The position numbers and the translations under genes were made by a program. 64,000 nt of DNA from Phoronis australis (lineage: Eukaryota > Animalia > Phoronida), in the NCBI GenBank assembly GCA_002633005.1, contig NMRA01000805.1, forward strand, positions 59,656-123,655, in the 5' to 3' direction. The notes under the pieces are model-generated. The model searched no databases, was not told where the DNA came from, and was given only the letters and a program-made list of their open reading frames with translations. Positions within the stretch are counted from its first letter, which is position 1; each line of letters begins with the position of its first letter. This document shows, one piece after another, positions 12,801 through 25,620 of the stretch.

Positions 12801-15800
12801 ACAGTTGCATGCCTCTTAAGCTCAATACTATAGTAACATCTCCTAAAGTATTACGCTAAAACAAATTTACCCAACGTCCCAACCATGCGTCCACAATTTA
12901 AGAATGAGTGATCGCTGCTTAGTGGCCGTTTTCCCGGAAAGTGTGTCAAAGCGAAAATGAAGTGATTGAAGCCAGTCAGTCTGCCACTATCATAGACAAC
13001 TTATACTATAGTGTGATGTCTATGGCCTCTATACTGCCACATCCACAACACCTCGGGTGTTTCCGTACCTTCATATTTACCCTCGGAGATGAACGGCCGC
13101 ACGTGTGTGGACGTGTGCCGTACGTCAAGTCACTTACTTTCTTTCAAACTGTATTTGACTGAAATTTGCTCTAGCGCAGATAACACTCAAATTTGAAGCT
13201 TTAAAAATATCAGAGGTGTAATGGATGAGCACACGAATTTTTGTTGATATTTGAAATTTTAGACAACAAAAATACCCGAGGTATCCAAATGGTATAAATC
13301 ATGACGTCGGACTCGATTTTCCAGGACAAATTATGTGTTTAAAATATCACGTACATATTGAGTATCAGCAAAGTACATGTTGCCAATAATGAATAAAAAT
13401 ACCTGTGAAATGAGTCGCTGGTTTTATTTCATATCAGCTCTAACATGCATGTACATGTAATTTTTAATCTAGGCAAGTACGTTTGCGGACAAAACCTCGC
13501 TAAAGGATGGAGCACGTGGGAGGATGCGATTCGCGCTTGGTTTGGTGAAGTTAAAGATTTTAAATATGGAGATGAAACAGTCCCATTTCACAAAATCGGT
13601 CATTTTACTCAGGTAATTATTTTGGCCTGATTTCGGTTAAAATAAAAACCATATTTCTCTCTAGAATTTGTCATGTAGGCCTTTCAACCTTTAAATGAAT
13701 GATTTTTTTTAAAAAATCTAACCATTATTTCAGATGACGTGGGCAGTGAGCGTTCGCATTGGTTGTGGATTTGCTGACTGTAAAAGCATCGGGAACCTTT
13801 ACGTTTGTAATTACGGACCCGCGTAAGCATTTTGATAATTAAAAGATTCCGCGATTTTTACTATTATTTACATTTGTAATCTTTGTGATTTGTTAGGATG
13901 AAGTCCAATCTCATGTTCGTTTATTGTTATTAAAGGGATACAATCAGTTTGATAGGATGGTCAGCATTTTAGGGATAAGTTTGGGAAAGGGTTGACTTCC
14001 TGAAGTTGTTAGCTTTGACCATAGTTACAATTTAGAAAAAATATGCCCTGTTTTTGTTATTTTATTTAAAAGTAGCCGATACTTAGCAAATGCTGCCAGC
14101 CAAGGCTACTGAAATGGAAGCAGCAACCTCGATTTCGTTCTTTAAGGCACCGTGAGAATGGCCGACGAGGAAAGGTATAATTGAATCGCAGGGCCTCAGA
14201 GGCTTTTGCAAAAACAAAAGCAAGAAAAATCAACTAAAAAACAAAGTACTTTTTACGAAACAATTCCGAACAACTATTAAAGTGTTGTCTGAGATAAAGC
14301 TGTACAATTTTGTGCCACATTGAGCATTTTCTTCATGACTTCAATCATGCTTCATCGTACCCGATTTGGTCACTTTAAAATAGACCACAGGCGGATGGTT
14401 GACTTCAGTTGGCTTCATAAGTCTTCTGTGAAGTTTGAATATTATGTCTGGTATACAACTCGTCACGTTAGCTTCTGAGCAATTCGTTTCATGTGCTCAT
14501 GTATTTCTTTAAGAGGTAACATCCGACCAGTCAACAAACCTTGGATAACTGGACCTAAAACCTGCAGTGAATGTCCGGACACTTGTCGCGATAATTTATG
14601 TGGTAAGATCTCCGTAATTGAACTTTCCATGTGTTTATCAGAATTGCAAACTCCTGATCAAACAAGATTCTGCATCAGAGAGCTCTGAATTAAGTGATCA
14701 GGTTTCATACGCATATTTAATAATTTCATATGTGTAGAATTGCTCTGGCTGCTAAGTTGGTGACCAATTTGCGTATTTCGAATAGTCCATATACGTTGTT
14801 AATATCTGTTATTGAAAAGTGTGATTCCCACCAACTTTTAATTCCTTGTATCATTTTTCTTTTCTAGCCGTTAATGTCACTGTCATAAACATGTGCGCCG
14901 GAATTCATATCTACTCATTGCAAATATTTTCAGATTGTGGGGGTAAGGTTTGTTTCAACGGTGGCAAGCTGGACGTCAATACATGCCAGTGTCAGTGTAA
15001 AGACGCGACGTACGATCCCAAGGCTTGTGCCAGTAAGTTCGGGAAGTGGGTTGGACATATGTTTGCAGTACGCCCTCAAATAGTTTTAACACGTTTCGCA
15101 ACAACCCTCGCATTAATGTATTAGTTGCGAAGTGACGACTGTCCCTTAAAAACCACAGAGCTAACTAATCTTTTGAGTCACACAAATACTGAATTAGATT
15201 CGCGTGCGTTCAAAACAGGTGTGGTGCTTTGCAAGTAATTATCCGCTTTTATAGCACAGACCTGCAATGGCTCCGGGATTTCCCTCAGGTTCGAAACTTT
15301 TACCTTGCTAATAACCGGACAAACAAATTTATTAGAATGTAATCAATCGAGACCACGGATTTATATGCTTTGCTTGACCATACTTTTAATTCACGTGACA
15401 GACATTTTCAAAAATCCAAAACGAAACTCAATGCGATAAGGGGGCACAGAACAGAGTCATAGGGGTTTGCCTATCAGAACATACGTCAATGGACTCTTCA
15501 CCCTTTCTTCACTCTGTCAAAAACGGCATGCAGAGAAAGAAAAGTTTTGAGTCATTTCACATCACAAGCCCAACAGATGAACACAGAAACTTTATTCTCT
15601 CTAACTTGTATTTTTCACCCTTTCACTCCTTCTGAAAACCAAGCTAGACTAAGAAAAGTAGGGACAAAAAATGCAAAATCCCAAAACTTCCACTTCCTTG
15701 CCGATGCTCGACTAAAGCCAACATTAGATTCCGAATGCAAATTTCCTACCGGTTCCAAACATGTGGTCCAAAAGTACTGGCAACCAACTAGTTTTTTGCA

Positions 15801-18800
15801 GATCTGGCTTGTTTGATGGCTACCTGAAATCGCGGCCAATTTCTCAGTCCAGTCACCCAGCAATGCACAATTGTAACAGGGGACCGCCATCTTAAAAAAG
15901 AGTGCAGCTACAGCCGAGCAAGTGGTCTTTTTTCATTTTCAACATGTTCTCAATTACAAACATTACCTAACAACAAACTTCCCCCAAGCCTGACCTACCC
16001 CTAGATTTTAATATTTTGGCACTGCAAATTGTCCGCGGCCGCAGTGCCACCTAAACAAAGCGAAAGTTGACATTGCGTGAGTTGAAGGAGCATGCCACCC
16101 AAAAAACAACCTAATTTGTATCAATTTAGATCGAGTAGTTCTACTTGATAACGGCATGTTCGGTTGCGTTACCTGACACCTGACGGGAGACGGAGGTGTT
16201 GAAATTATGCAATGACGTCATTGGTTTCACATGCAGTGTGTTCAGCAGTTCACAACACGGGTTACTGGTGTCAGCTTATCGCTTGAATTCATCATTTAAC
16301 ACCAATAAATCACCAAACTTCGATGTAAAATCCTTAAAAATACACCGAGTTCTTATAAAAACGTGTTGTTTCGCTGTTACGGATTTATTGGTAGTTGGAC
16401 ACACCGTAGCCTACAAAGTTCGGGAGGCCAATTTACCAAGGTCCTTTGCAGGAGTTTGGGGTCTGCTCGGAGATAAATTCGAAGTGTTCTTCCGTGAAAT
16501 ACAGACAGAAGAAACTAGATCTGTGTTGTTTATACTTGTGATTTTTTTAGTTCTAAACACACAAAACGCTTGTTATCCTGGCCAGTGGCTCAGAACAATA
16601 TCAGGTCCGTCGCGGCCGCCGGGACTGGCACGAACATAAATCAGCTTGAGTTGGAAAGTAAACCTCCAGTCACGAAAAGACTATAATAGTGAGCCAAAGA
16701 AATAATGTGTACGTAATTATTTATGTGAATTAGCCACGAAACTGAAAATCTACTTACTTGTCTACTTACTTGTCAGGGGCCGCGAAGTGGGGTTTCCCTT
16801 CCACAGACCGTCAGGGCAAAGGTTGTACACTAACAATGATTTGAATAATGTATTTGTTTTCTAAATAAAGATTCCCCTAACATGTGACCATAACATATAA
16901 AATCGAATAATTGTTTCAAAACAGCTTTCTGTCAGCAAATACTGAATTAGCATGCGCTCACACGGCCTCGGTGCCCGGTCAGTTACCTTTGTTGCTGGTA
17001 TCTAAAGCCAGTAACGCAGTGGTTTATTTATTCCTGGCTTCTCAACATTTGCACTTACGAATACTGCAAAGGCATTACAAATTATATCTAATGAGACAGA
17101 CTTTGTTTCAGTTTCATTAGCATTGGTTAGGATGAGAATAATTCATTTTGAAACGGAACGCAGAATAATAAACGTCTACATGGCATTCTCTGTTAACATC
17201 TTGTCAGCCAAAACAGAACTGTAACCCTTTGAGACTTTGTCGGTGCAAGTTGATCATTGAACCTCGATACAATTGTTCTAATAAATTACCCAATATCGTA
17301 TTGTTTGATTTTTTCTCACCTTTAACAGGCTTCTGCAATCATAAATAAATAAATACCCAAGTTGTATTTACATTTTATTGCTCAATCTCTTCTTTTATTT
17401 TTGATTATGTCATGCTGTGTTGTATGTAACAATGCAATATAGTGAAATATATAGTCAATGTTTTACTTTATTGGTGGCCATTCTCTATTAATTCAAGTAT
17501 TTCAATTTTCTTCAAATAAATTCAAAATGCTTTAACCAAAAATTTCAACATAAATGTTGAGCTCAGTACTTTGCTTTGCAATAAAAAACAAGTGGGCAAT
17601 ATTTTGGTGACCAAGGCGTGGGCCGAAACTGTTAAGCACCCAGCGTGTTCCATTTGTCTGCTGCATTTTTCCTTTGGCCTAACAGGTGTCGGTTAGTGCC
17701 TGGGACAAATAGATACATTGCATAAACAATCCCTGAGTTGTTTTTTGTTCCGTCTGAAGAAAATTTAATTTCAAAAAATATCTTCTGAAAATGAACAAAA
17801 AGTGCATTAGTAAAATCTACAAGTTTTTAAGTGGTCTCAAAAAAAAAACAGTCGGTGAATGCATTAATTTTAGTCTCAGTTCTTCCATGCGTGTTTCTCC
17901 CGAGAGGTTAGTACCTAACGTGCAGACGAGCACTCCAAATTGTAAAGCTAGGTCCCGCGTGGCTGCGCTGCACGTGAAAGAAGATGGCAGACGACCTTTG
18001 GAGCCTGACGAAGATAGGTATCCCGGACTATATTACATATACCCGTGAAATAAAATTTAAAAAATTAAAAGTTTACCTTGTAAAAGAATCCAATCCAGTA
18101 CTTCGTGTTACTGACAGCGTAGTGTATTTGCTAATTGCCCCGTNATTCTTAAAAATACACCGAGTTCTTATAAAAACGTGTTGTTTCGCTGTTACGGATT
18201 TATTGGTATTTGGACACACCGTAGCCTACAAAGTTCGGGAGGCCAATTTACCAAGGTCCTTTGCAGGAGTTTGAGGGTCTGCTCGGAGATAAATTCGAAG
18301 TATTCTTCCGTGAAATACAGACAGAAGAACCTAGATCTGTGTTGTTTATACTTGTGATTTTTTTAGTTCTAAACACACAAAACGCTTGTTATCCTGGCCA
18401 GTGGCTCAGAAGAAGATCAGGTCCGTCGCGGCCGCCGGGACTGGCACGAACATAAATCAGCTTGAGTTGGAACGTAAACCTCCAGTCACGAAAAGACTAT
18501 AATAGTGAGCCAAAGAAATAATGTGTACGTAATTATTTATGAGAATTAGCCACGAAACTAAAAATCTACTTACTTGTCTACTTACTTGTCGGGGGCCGCG
18601 AAGTGGGGTTTCCATTCCACAGACCGTCAGGGCAAAGGTTGTACAGTAACAATGATTTGAATAATGTATTTGTTTTCTAAATAAAGATTCCCCTAACATG
18701 TGACCATAACATATATATATATAATCGAATAATTGTTTCAAAACAGCTTTCTGTCAGCAAATACTGAATTAGCATGCTCTCACACGGCCTCGGTGCCCGG

Positions 18801-21664
18801 TCAGTTACCTTTGTTGCTGGTATCTAAAGCCAGTAACGCAGTGGTTTATTTATTCCTGGCTTCTCAACATTTGCACTTACGAATACTGCAAAGGCATTAC
18901 AAATTGTATCTAATGAGACAGACTTTGTTTCAGTTTCATATCAGCATTAGTTAGGATGAGAATAATTCATTTTGAAACGGAACACAGAATAATAAACGTC
19001 TACATGGCATTCTCTGTTAACATCTTGTCAGCCAAAACAGAACTGTAACCCTTTGAGACTTTGTCGGTGCAAGTTGATCATTGAACCTCGATACAATTGT
19101 TCTAATAAATTACCCAATTTCGTATTCTTTGATTTTTTCTCACCTTTAACAGGCTTCTGCAATCATAAATAAATAAATACCCAAGTTGTATTTACATTTT
19201 ATTGCTCAATCTCTTCTTTTATTTTTGATTATGTCATGCCGTGTTGTATGTAACAATGCAATATAGTGAAATATAGTCAATGTTTTACTTTATTGGTGGC
19301 CATTCTCTATTAATTCCAGTATTTCAATTTAATTTTCTTCAAATAAATTCAAAATGCTTTAACCAAAAATTTCAACATAAATGTTGAGCTCAGTACTTTG
19401 CTTTGCAATAAAAAACAAGTGGGCAATATTTTGATGACCAAGGCGTGGGCCGAAACTGTTAAGCACCCAGCGTGTTCCATTTGTCTGCTGCATTTTTCCT
19501 TTGGCCTAACAGGTGTTGGTTAGGGCCTGGGACAAATAGATACATTGCATAAACAATCCCCGAGTTGTTTTTTGTTCCGTCTGAAGAAAATTTAATTTCA
19601 AAAAATATCTTCTGAAAATGAACAAAAATTGCATTAGTAAAATCTAGTTTTTAAGTGGTCTCAAAAAAAAACAGTCGGTGAATGCATTAATTTTAGTCTC
19701 AGTTCTTCCATGCGTGTTTCTCCCGAGAGGTTAGTACCTAACGTGCAGACGAGCACTCCAAATTGGAAAGCTAGGTCCCGCGTGGCTGCGCTGCACGTGA
19801 AAGAAGATGGCGGACGACCTTTGGAGCCTGACGACGATAGGTATCCGGACTATATTACATATACCCGTGAAATAAAATTTAAAAAATGAAAAGTTTACCT
19901 TGTAAAAGAATCCAATCCAGTACTTCGTGTTACTGACAGCGTAGTGTATTTGCTAATTGCCCCGTACTTGGCGGACTGTCCCACTTCTTTGATTTTTCCG
20001 CTATTTCGCCACACCATCTGAATTGTCCCGCTTTTTGACACACGACCAAATTTTCGTATTTTCATATACAACTCCCCATGCGACATAGCCATATTTTCCC
20101 GCTCGACAAAAAAGAAAAAAACGGGACGTTTCATGGGATTTTGCGGCACGCGCAATTTCCCATTCAGCTATAAAAAACAACACCACCAACAACAAAAAAC
20201 ACCGCCTGGCATATTTGGGTGTTACATCTCCCCTTCGCCAAAAGAAAACGCTGTCGGTATTCTTTGTGTGTTGCAGCGAACATTTCACCCTTACGTTTTG
20301 GCTTAGACCCAGGTGCCCACTTTTTATCCTGAAGTCCCACTTTTCAATCCAGTTGTTCCGTTTTTTGTTCTTGATTATTAACTGTGACAACTATGCAACA
20401 GGTGTTTAAAATAACATTGTCTCTTTTTATGAATACTGTTACTTTCCAGAGTCCACTTTCTTTCGTAACATAGGAATCGTGAAAATGTGTTCCATTGTCT
20501 CTTGTTCACGGTAAAATACCCCAGGATCACTAGGTTTTACCTTTCTAAGAAAATTGTATATTTCTAAACTTTTCAGAAAAACTATATCTGCAAAATTCGG
20601 ATAGATACTTAGACTAGTTTAGCGCATTTTTCGTAATTGCCGCTGCATTCTGAATTTTTACTGATGAATGTAATTGTATCAAACAGCACCAAAGGTCTTA
20701 TTAACTATAATAAATAAATATGTATTATTTTGGATGATTGCCTGACTAAATTATCCACAGTACATGTGAGGGATCCATATTATAAAACCTTTGTATTTAT
20801 ATGGTAAAAATATAATGGCCTAACTAGTCATTTATATAACCTCTCTCGTTTCATTATGGACTATAACATGCTGTTACTTTTCGCATTTTGGTAACACTCT
20901 TGGTTTTTAGAATTAAAAAATATTTTTAAACCAGTCAGGTATGCGAAATGATAATAACTTATGAAATAAATTACTTATCTTTTGCCCCTGACAAAAACTG
21001 ACAAAAGGCTTACTAATGATCTGACACTTATGCAAAATTTGGTTAAAAAACGGCGGAGTTGCGAAAAGTTTTAATGACAGTAAATTCCGTAGCAAGTACT
21101 CACACCGGAACAAAAGAATGCAAACAACTACCACGCATGCGCAGCGCAAACCTCAGCGGCGGCGACTGAAATCGGAGTTAACATTCCAGGGCTATAGTTT
21201 TATGGCTTGACGACGTTAATTGTCAAAAATTACGTACGCCTGACATTCTATAAGTTCGTGGATGGACAAAAAAAAAACAACTGTAAGGTTTTTTGTTACG
21301 GCAACGTGGTATGTTCGGAAAGCGTCCGAATCAAAAGAAGTCGTATAACTTTTTGGAACTTGAAAGATCCAAAATATCGTTTCGAGTGTCCTGTTTTGTT
21401 AAATCATTTGCTTTTAGAAATTTCTGGTGTAGACATACAAACAAGCATACAACTGGAAGATCAGGTCGCAGGTTGAGTGAGTCAAACAAATCTTTGCAAC
21501 AGGCAATCGATGTAGACTTATATTATTGATGACTTATATTTTCAGTGGATTGTGGGAAAGTGAAAGACAAATTCTACTGCGTGTTCTGGGGAGAGAAAGA
21601 ATGTAAAATGTACTCCAATGTGCCATCCGACTGTCCACATCTTTGTAAAGTTTGTCCCGCTTAG
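6835..21664 (+). CDS. Secreted CAP/CRISP-family cysteine-rich protein (signal peptide + CAP + EGF-like + ShKT-like), 287 aa; resembles molluscan Mr30/Tex31-type CRISPs
   Basis: Exons 6835-6874, 7612-7710, 8541-8638, 10973-11063, 13473-13612, 13734-13822, 14514-14602, 14934-15032, 21546-21664; all GT-AG, phases consistent, 864 nt. Kozak caccATG. Motifs: IVDLHNELRS..AANMQKM, WDNEIA..AQ..AENCVFAHD, GQNLA, GHFTQMTWA, IGCG, YVCNYGPAGN, EGF-like CFNGGKLDVNTCQCQC, ShKT-like C..YSNVPSDCPHLCKVC. Confidence 0.93.
7050..7205. mobile_element. Short MITE (PIF/Harbinger-like termini) in CRISP intron 1
   Basis: Inverted termini cagggctaagttgcataaa ... tttatgcaaatgggcccag. Confidence 0.5.
7784..8510 (+). 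mobile_element. Partial copy of a dispersed repeat starting TAGCCCTGGAA (family also at 19862-21194 reverse and ~51160-52733)
   Basis: tagccctggaaagccaacttc..gctgaggttgcgccgcgcatgcgtgg..aaaacttttcgcaa matches the reverse complement of 21060-21194 and 51160-51260. Confidence 0.65.
8815..10180 (-). mobile_element. 5'-truncated, decayed non-LTR retrotransposon with RNase H and C-terminal zinc knuckle (I group, LOA/R1-like) in CRISP intron 3
   Basis: Minus-strand frames give IYTAVIRRIMSYAASVW and ITSAFPGTPSAALEMLTDLPP (post-RT), ATVFQAKITAI..IFSDSQATIKAL..AHAGIDGNE (RNase H), and LTGHC..CPECGTDVESPKHLVESC. Multiple frameshifts. Confidence 0.9.
10432..10941. mobile_element. MITE with ~35-45 bp terminal inverted repeats, just upstream of CRISP exon 4
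   Basis: caaagcgacgtgaacgtgaattatcacgcatat (10432) versus atatgcgtgataattcacgttcacgtagctttg (ends 10941). Confidence 0.7.
12187..12815 (+). mobile_element. Decayed THAP-domain remnant, probably a Kolobok/P-type DNA transposon derivative, in CRISP intron 4
   Basis: Across frameshifts: MPGSCYV..YY(F)PVDVKIRRNRFVRV..FSKHF..IKKGAIPSVFP (THAP FP, CxxHF-like and AVPTIF-like motifs). TTAA at 12816-12819; left end not identified. Confidence 0.6.
15437..16052. mobile_element. Dispersed non-autonomous repeat, copy 2 (see 1778-2430)
   Basis: Collinear similarity to 1778-2430. Confidence 0.7.
16330..19965. repeat. Near-identical 1.8 kb tandem duplication (16330-18143 and 18145-19965) joined at a single N; likely assembly artefact
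   Basis: Copies differ only by scattered SNPs and small indels; the junction is exactly the N at 18144. Confidence 0.9.
19862..21194 (-). mobile_element. ~1.3 kb non-autonomous DNA element with imperfect TAG-starting termini (possibly Academ-like)
   Basis: Ends TAGCCCTGGAA / TACCCGTGAAA (8/11 inverted match). Both ends are shared with the copy at ~51160-52733. No TSD verified. Confidence 0.55.
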
Positions 21665-21776
21665 ATGGAAGGTAAATACGAACCTCGTCTCATTTCTCTT
21701 ACATGTACGTGCGTCAGCTGTGGATACAGACGGACATGCATCCAAAATTAGGTTCTCGTGTCCGGCTGGTGAAGCA

Positions 21777-21825
21777 AGAGAGAGAAGGAGGGAGGGAGGG
21801 AAAGGGAGAGAGGGAGGGAGGGAGA
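21777..21825. repeat. Polypurine (GAGG/GA)n microsatellite
   Basis: agagagagaaggagggagggagggaaagggagagagggagggagggaga. Confidence 0.85.
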
Positions 21826-22359
21826 CTGAATCCGTCGGACAAGATCAGTTTCCAACCTGCATTGCCAACATTATTCACCCGTTCAATACTGAATACTCAG
21901 GTTGCGCCAAGCCAACCGACTAAGACTTTTGATTGGTCTGTTAGCCGAAAATCATCGTCGTGAACCAATCACATTGTCTTAGCTGGATCATTCGGCGAAC
22001 CGAACGTCAATCAAGTGTAGCACTGTGTTGAACGTTTAAATCGAACCGTTCTTTGTTCACAGTACGGTAAGCAATGACAATATTGCACGTTTTTGTTCTT
22101 TCAGATACGAGACTGAAGATCTAATGGATATCTATACTAGATGCGTATTGTGAAATAAGATGGACATTTATGTGCTCTAAGAGCTTATGACAGTACTACA
22201 TTCTGTTTATGTGGATTATAACTCGAGCAAGATGATTCGTCTACGAGTTGTTTCCTTCTGGGCAGAATTTATCCAAACGTTCATTCTATCTCCCGTACCG
22301 ATCGCAAATGCATATCCAGGAATTTGTCCCTCGCACTTCCAACACCAAGAGTGTTTTAA

Positions 22360-23400
22360 AGTGTACACAACATGACTCTTGTACCTCAAAATAAATTTTA
22401 TTATTATATCTTACTAGATGTCAGTGCCTTTAGTGCACAGCTCATAAAGAAACACGCAAAAATTGAAAAAATAATAATTATGTACAACGTCATGGGTTGA
22501 ACCCAAGTCGTTCGCCATACTGTTCGGATCAGAGAGTTATGCNAATAATAATTATGTACAACGTCATGGGTTGAACCCAAGTCGTTCGCCATACTATTCG
22601 GATCAGAGACAAAGTGTATAGAGTGAAGAGAAAGCAAAGTACATTTAGCGTCGAGAAGGTTCGTAGAGGGATCAAAAGATGTGTTTCCAGAGGCTGCAGC
22701 AACAGCAGCCAGGCGGAGAACGTCTCGGTGTTCCGAAGGACACCAAAGTTGTGCAGAAGTGGCATCGCTTCGTGCGCCGAACGAGAGTGTGGGACATCAT
22801 CGTGGACCAAGCGATTCTGTCCGGAGCCACTCTGTGTTCTGCCCACTTTGAGGACTCGTGTTTAGACTCCAGTCACAGGAGACGTTACGATGAAGGCCTG
22901 GTTCGAATAAAGGACATTATTTATCATTCAGAAACATCAGCTCTTAATTCAAGATCGTCTGTTGGATGACTGGGTTGACTCGCTGAGCCCGAGGCCGCTT
23001 CTCTCGCGGGAGGATCTAGTTCGTAAGGCTCAAAATGTAGAAAAGTACGCAGCCGGAAGCACATTAAACTTGTTCTCGCTTTCGTGCAACCCCATTTCCT
23101 CATCCTGGCCACCATTCCCGTACGTTTCTTCATAGTATATTCGTTCAATTCTTGCTCATAATCGTCGTCGCTTTCAAATTCCCTGCTCTCCGCTTTTGTT
23201 CAGTGCTAGTCACTGATCTCTTGTGTTCAACCCATGACGTCACATGGCGGGAAATGTGAAAATTGGTAAAATTGAAAGAAAAATCAAAATTTCGAGCTAA
23301 TTACACAAAATAAACATGGATTTAGCTAAATTTTACGTCATACATTTAGTTTGTGGCCACCGGTAATTCCAAATGTGCAAAAATCCATGGTGTGTACTGT
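22360..23400. mobile_element. Kolobok-like internally deleted DNA transposon (TTAA TSD, THAP remnant on +, convergent second-gene remnant on -)
   Basis: TTAA at 22356-22359 and 23401-23404; TIR agtgtacacaacatg / catggtgtgtactgt (12/15); empty site with a single TTAA at 29379-29382 in the paralogous block. THAP remnant RCVSRGCSN..PKD..VQKWHRFVRR..LCSAHFEDS at 22678-22860; minus-strand acidic leader and FEPYELDP. Confidence 0.85.
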
Positions 23401-25476
23401 TTAACGTTATTCGCAGACCTTCGGGATCGAACGGAAACGTTGGTCACGTGCCTCTGAGGGTCACTGTCAAACCCATGCAAGCGGTCTCCAACTATCATAC
23501 CATCATCAAGGATGGCTTACTGTCTTTTAGATCGGAGTGACCTCTGAAACATGAAAGTAAAAGGTCTCTATGAATACTTGGTGTGAGCTCGTTATTTTTG
23601 CATCGTGCAGTCTTCTATGAAGGCTATATTGTCACATCTAGGGTCGCGTAGACTCATACATGAAGGTTATTATCACCTAATTTACGCTAAATTGAGAGAC
23701 GACCATGAACTAAATTTTATCGTGACTCCATAAAGGCTAGTTTATGAGCTGTCTGCAAGACAATTTAAGATAAGACATTTACAATATAAGACTTCTTTGT
23801 TCCGAAGTTCCACGGCGAAAAACTAACCAGAATGGACAAGTAAGTTTTGCACAACGGCATGCCAGGACATACCCGCCGTAAGGCGTATTAGAGTCTTACC
23901 CATCGACACCATCTTTGTCCCAGTATCTTCGTTTACACCAGCGGCACACAAAACCACACACGACTGTCTTGACGACAAACCATGTTACCCACAAGTAAAA
24001 CAGCAATGAAGAGTTGTTCATTCTTTTGATTTATTCCCCTTGTTGGCAACTTGTGTCACGAGCATTCTTATTGGGTAAGATCACGAGTCTTCTATTCATG
24101 GGGTCACACATCCACAAATAACTAAATTCATCACTTTCGTCTCAGCCGTGCGTTCGGAGATACAAAATGTCCAGCCTTTAGTGATTGAACTTGACATCTA
24201 AATGTCAAAACACGACGCTGCTAGATATGTCGGTTTAGCATATCCGAGACATTCTTACCGACTGATTAGACAAGTTACGTTCAGCCAAATGTACTTTAAA
24301 CCCGAAAGTATGTAACTCATTGTTGATAGGCTGTTTCCTTATCAACACGAGGTAAAGTTCACACCTAGAAAGGTGTGGCTCGTAAGTTGTTGTAATCATA
24401 CAGTAGACTAGACTCATATTTCAATTAGCTTTATTTAGAAGACACAATACAGTGTAATGTAATATATAACAAGGGCAAACAAAACACGTTTTCTAACTTC
24501 ACGCAACTTCAATACTACTAATTTGTCGAGTCGCAAAACAAAACTCGTCGGAACCTCTTCTTTAATCACAATGTAACTTTAAAATAGCTCAGGAGGAAAT
24601 ATTGAATACAGTAATTAGAACCGGCAGCGGATGGGGGAGGGGGCTCAGACCCCAGATCACCGATAGATTTTCCGAACAGAAGGTTAACATCCCAACCCGC
24701 AACTTTCAGGCCACCTGTGCACATGCATTCAGTCGCGCTTTGCCCAATACCCCGGGGCAACATCTTGGGCTCCCCCTTATGGTATCCTAGGTCCGCCAGT
24801 GTAACTTGGCGCTTTACTAACTGCTATTAAGAGTCTTGTGCTGAACAGCCTTGTAGGCGTGAATTCTCACTTGATAAAGCGACATTAAACCATGCAGCGC
24901 ATCTGACAAAAACAAATTTTGATTGAGGCCACTTGCCGAAATAAAATTGTTCTTGTCTTGTTACTTGCTCAGTTTAGAAGTGATCGCTGTGCTCGTGAAC
25001 AACTGACAGTTGGCGTTATTTTTTTCATAGCAAGCTCGCAACGCAGGTCATGGCGAGACCTGAAATGTTCGATGCTTGCATGACAACACAAAACGGAGTG
25101 TCCTCGTGCTGTGACGCAATCTGTAGCGTCAGGCTAACTTTTCCGTGAAACATTGATCGCAGATAGGACACTGAATTGACTTGGTTCCTGAGCATGATGC
25201 TTCATGTTGTGTTTTCTTATATCGGTAAAAAAAAACTCTTGACGTATGCAACACGTCTATCACGGGGCTAGTAAATGTCTTGCTTGCTGTAGTGTCGCTG
25301 TGTTTTATTGTCATGTGGTCATACTAAGTCGATTTTTAGTTCCTGAACGAAGCACCAAGACATAGTTACATACACACTCTTTCGAGACATGCAGCTGTTT
25401 TATTTTAACGCTTTTTGAAGGCGTGGACGTTAACACCTTGAAGGACTCGTCGTGTCGCATTGCAGTGAACACCTGT

Positions 25477-25620
25477 AACCATTTTTGTGCTTTATTAAAA
25501 CCAAACTGAGAAGCTAGAAACCTGACTCACAAGGGTCTAGCTGTGTGGCCCAGCGAGACTCGAACCCACGACCTCGAGTAAAGAAAGCAGGCACCCATCA
25601 CACTAGGCCACACTCCCTCC
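25477..25620 (-). mobile_element. tRNA-derived SINE, copy 1
   Basis: Minus strand has A box TGGCCTAGTG and B box GGTTCGAGTC; highly similar to 60769-60926. Confidence 0.8.

Noticed and set aside
16196-18954. Repeated ORFs (147, 96, 64, 69, 73 aa) suggesting a tandem gene pair
   Set aside because: They arise from the N-junction duplication inside a CRISP intron, are frameshifted between copies and show no protein motifs.
22469-22608. CRISPR-like or regulatory direct repeat of ~65 bp
   Set aside because: Only two copies, separated by an N gap, in a eukaryotic context; no spacers or cas genes.
25129-25314. Minus ORF with CPICDQCF resembling a C2H2 zinc finger
   Set aside because: No His pair, a stop follows immediately, and no splice context.
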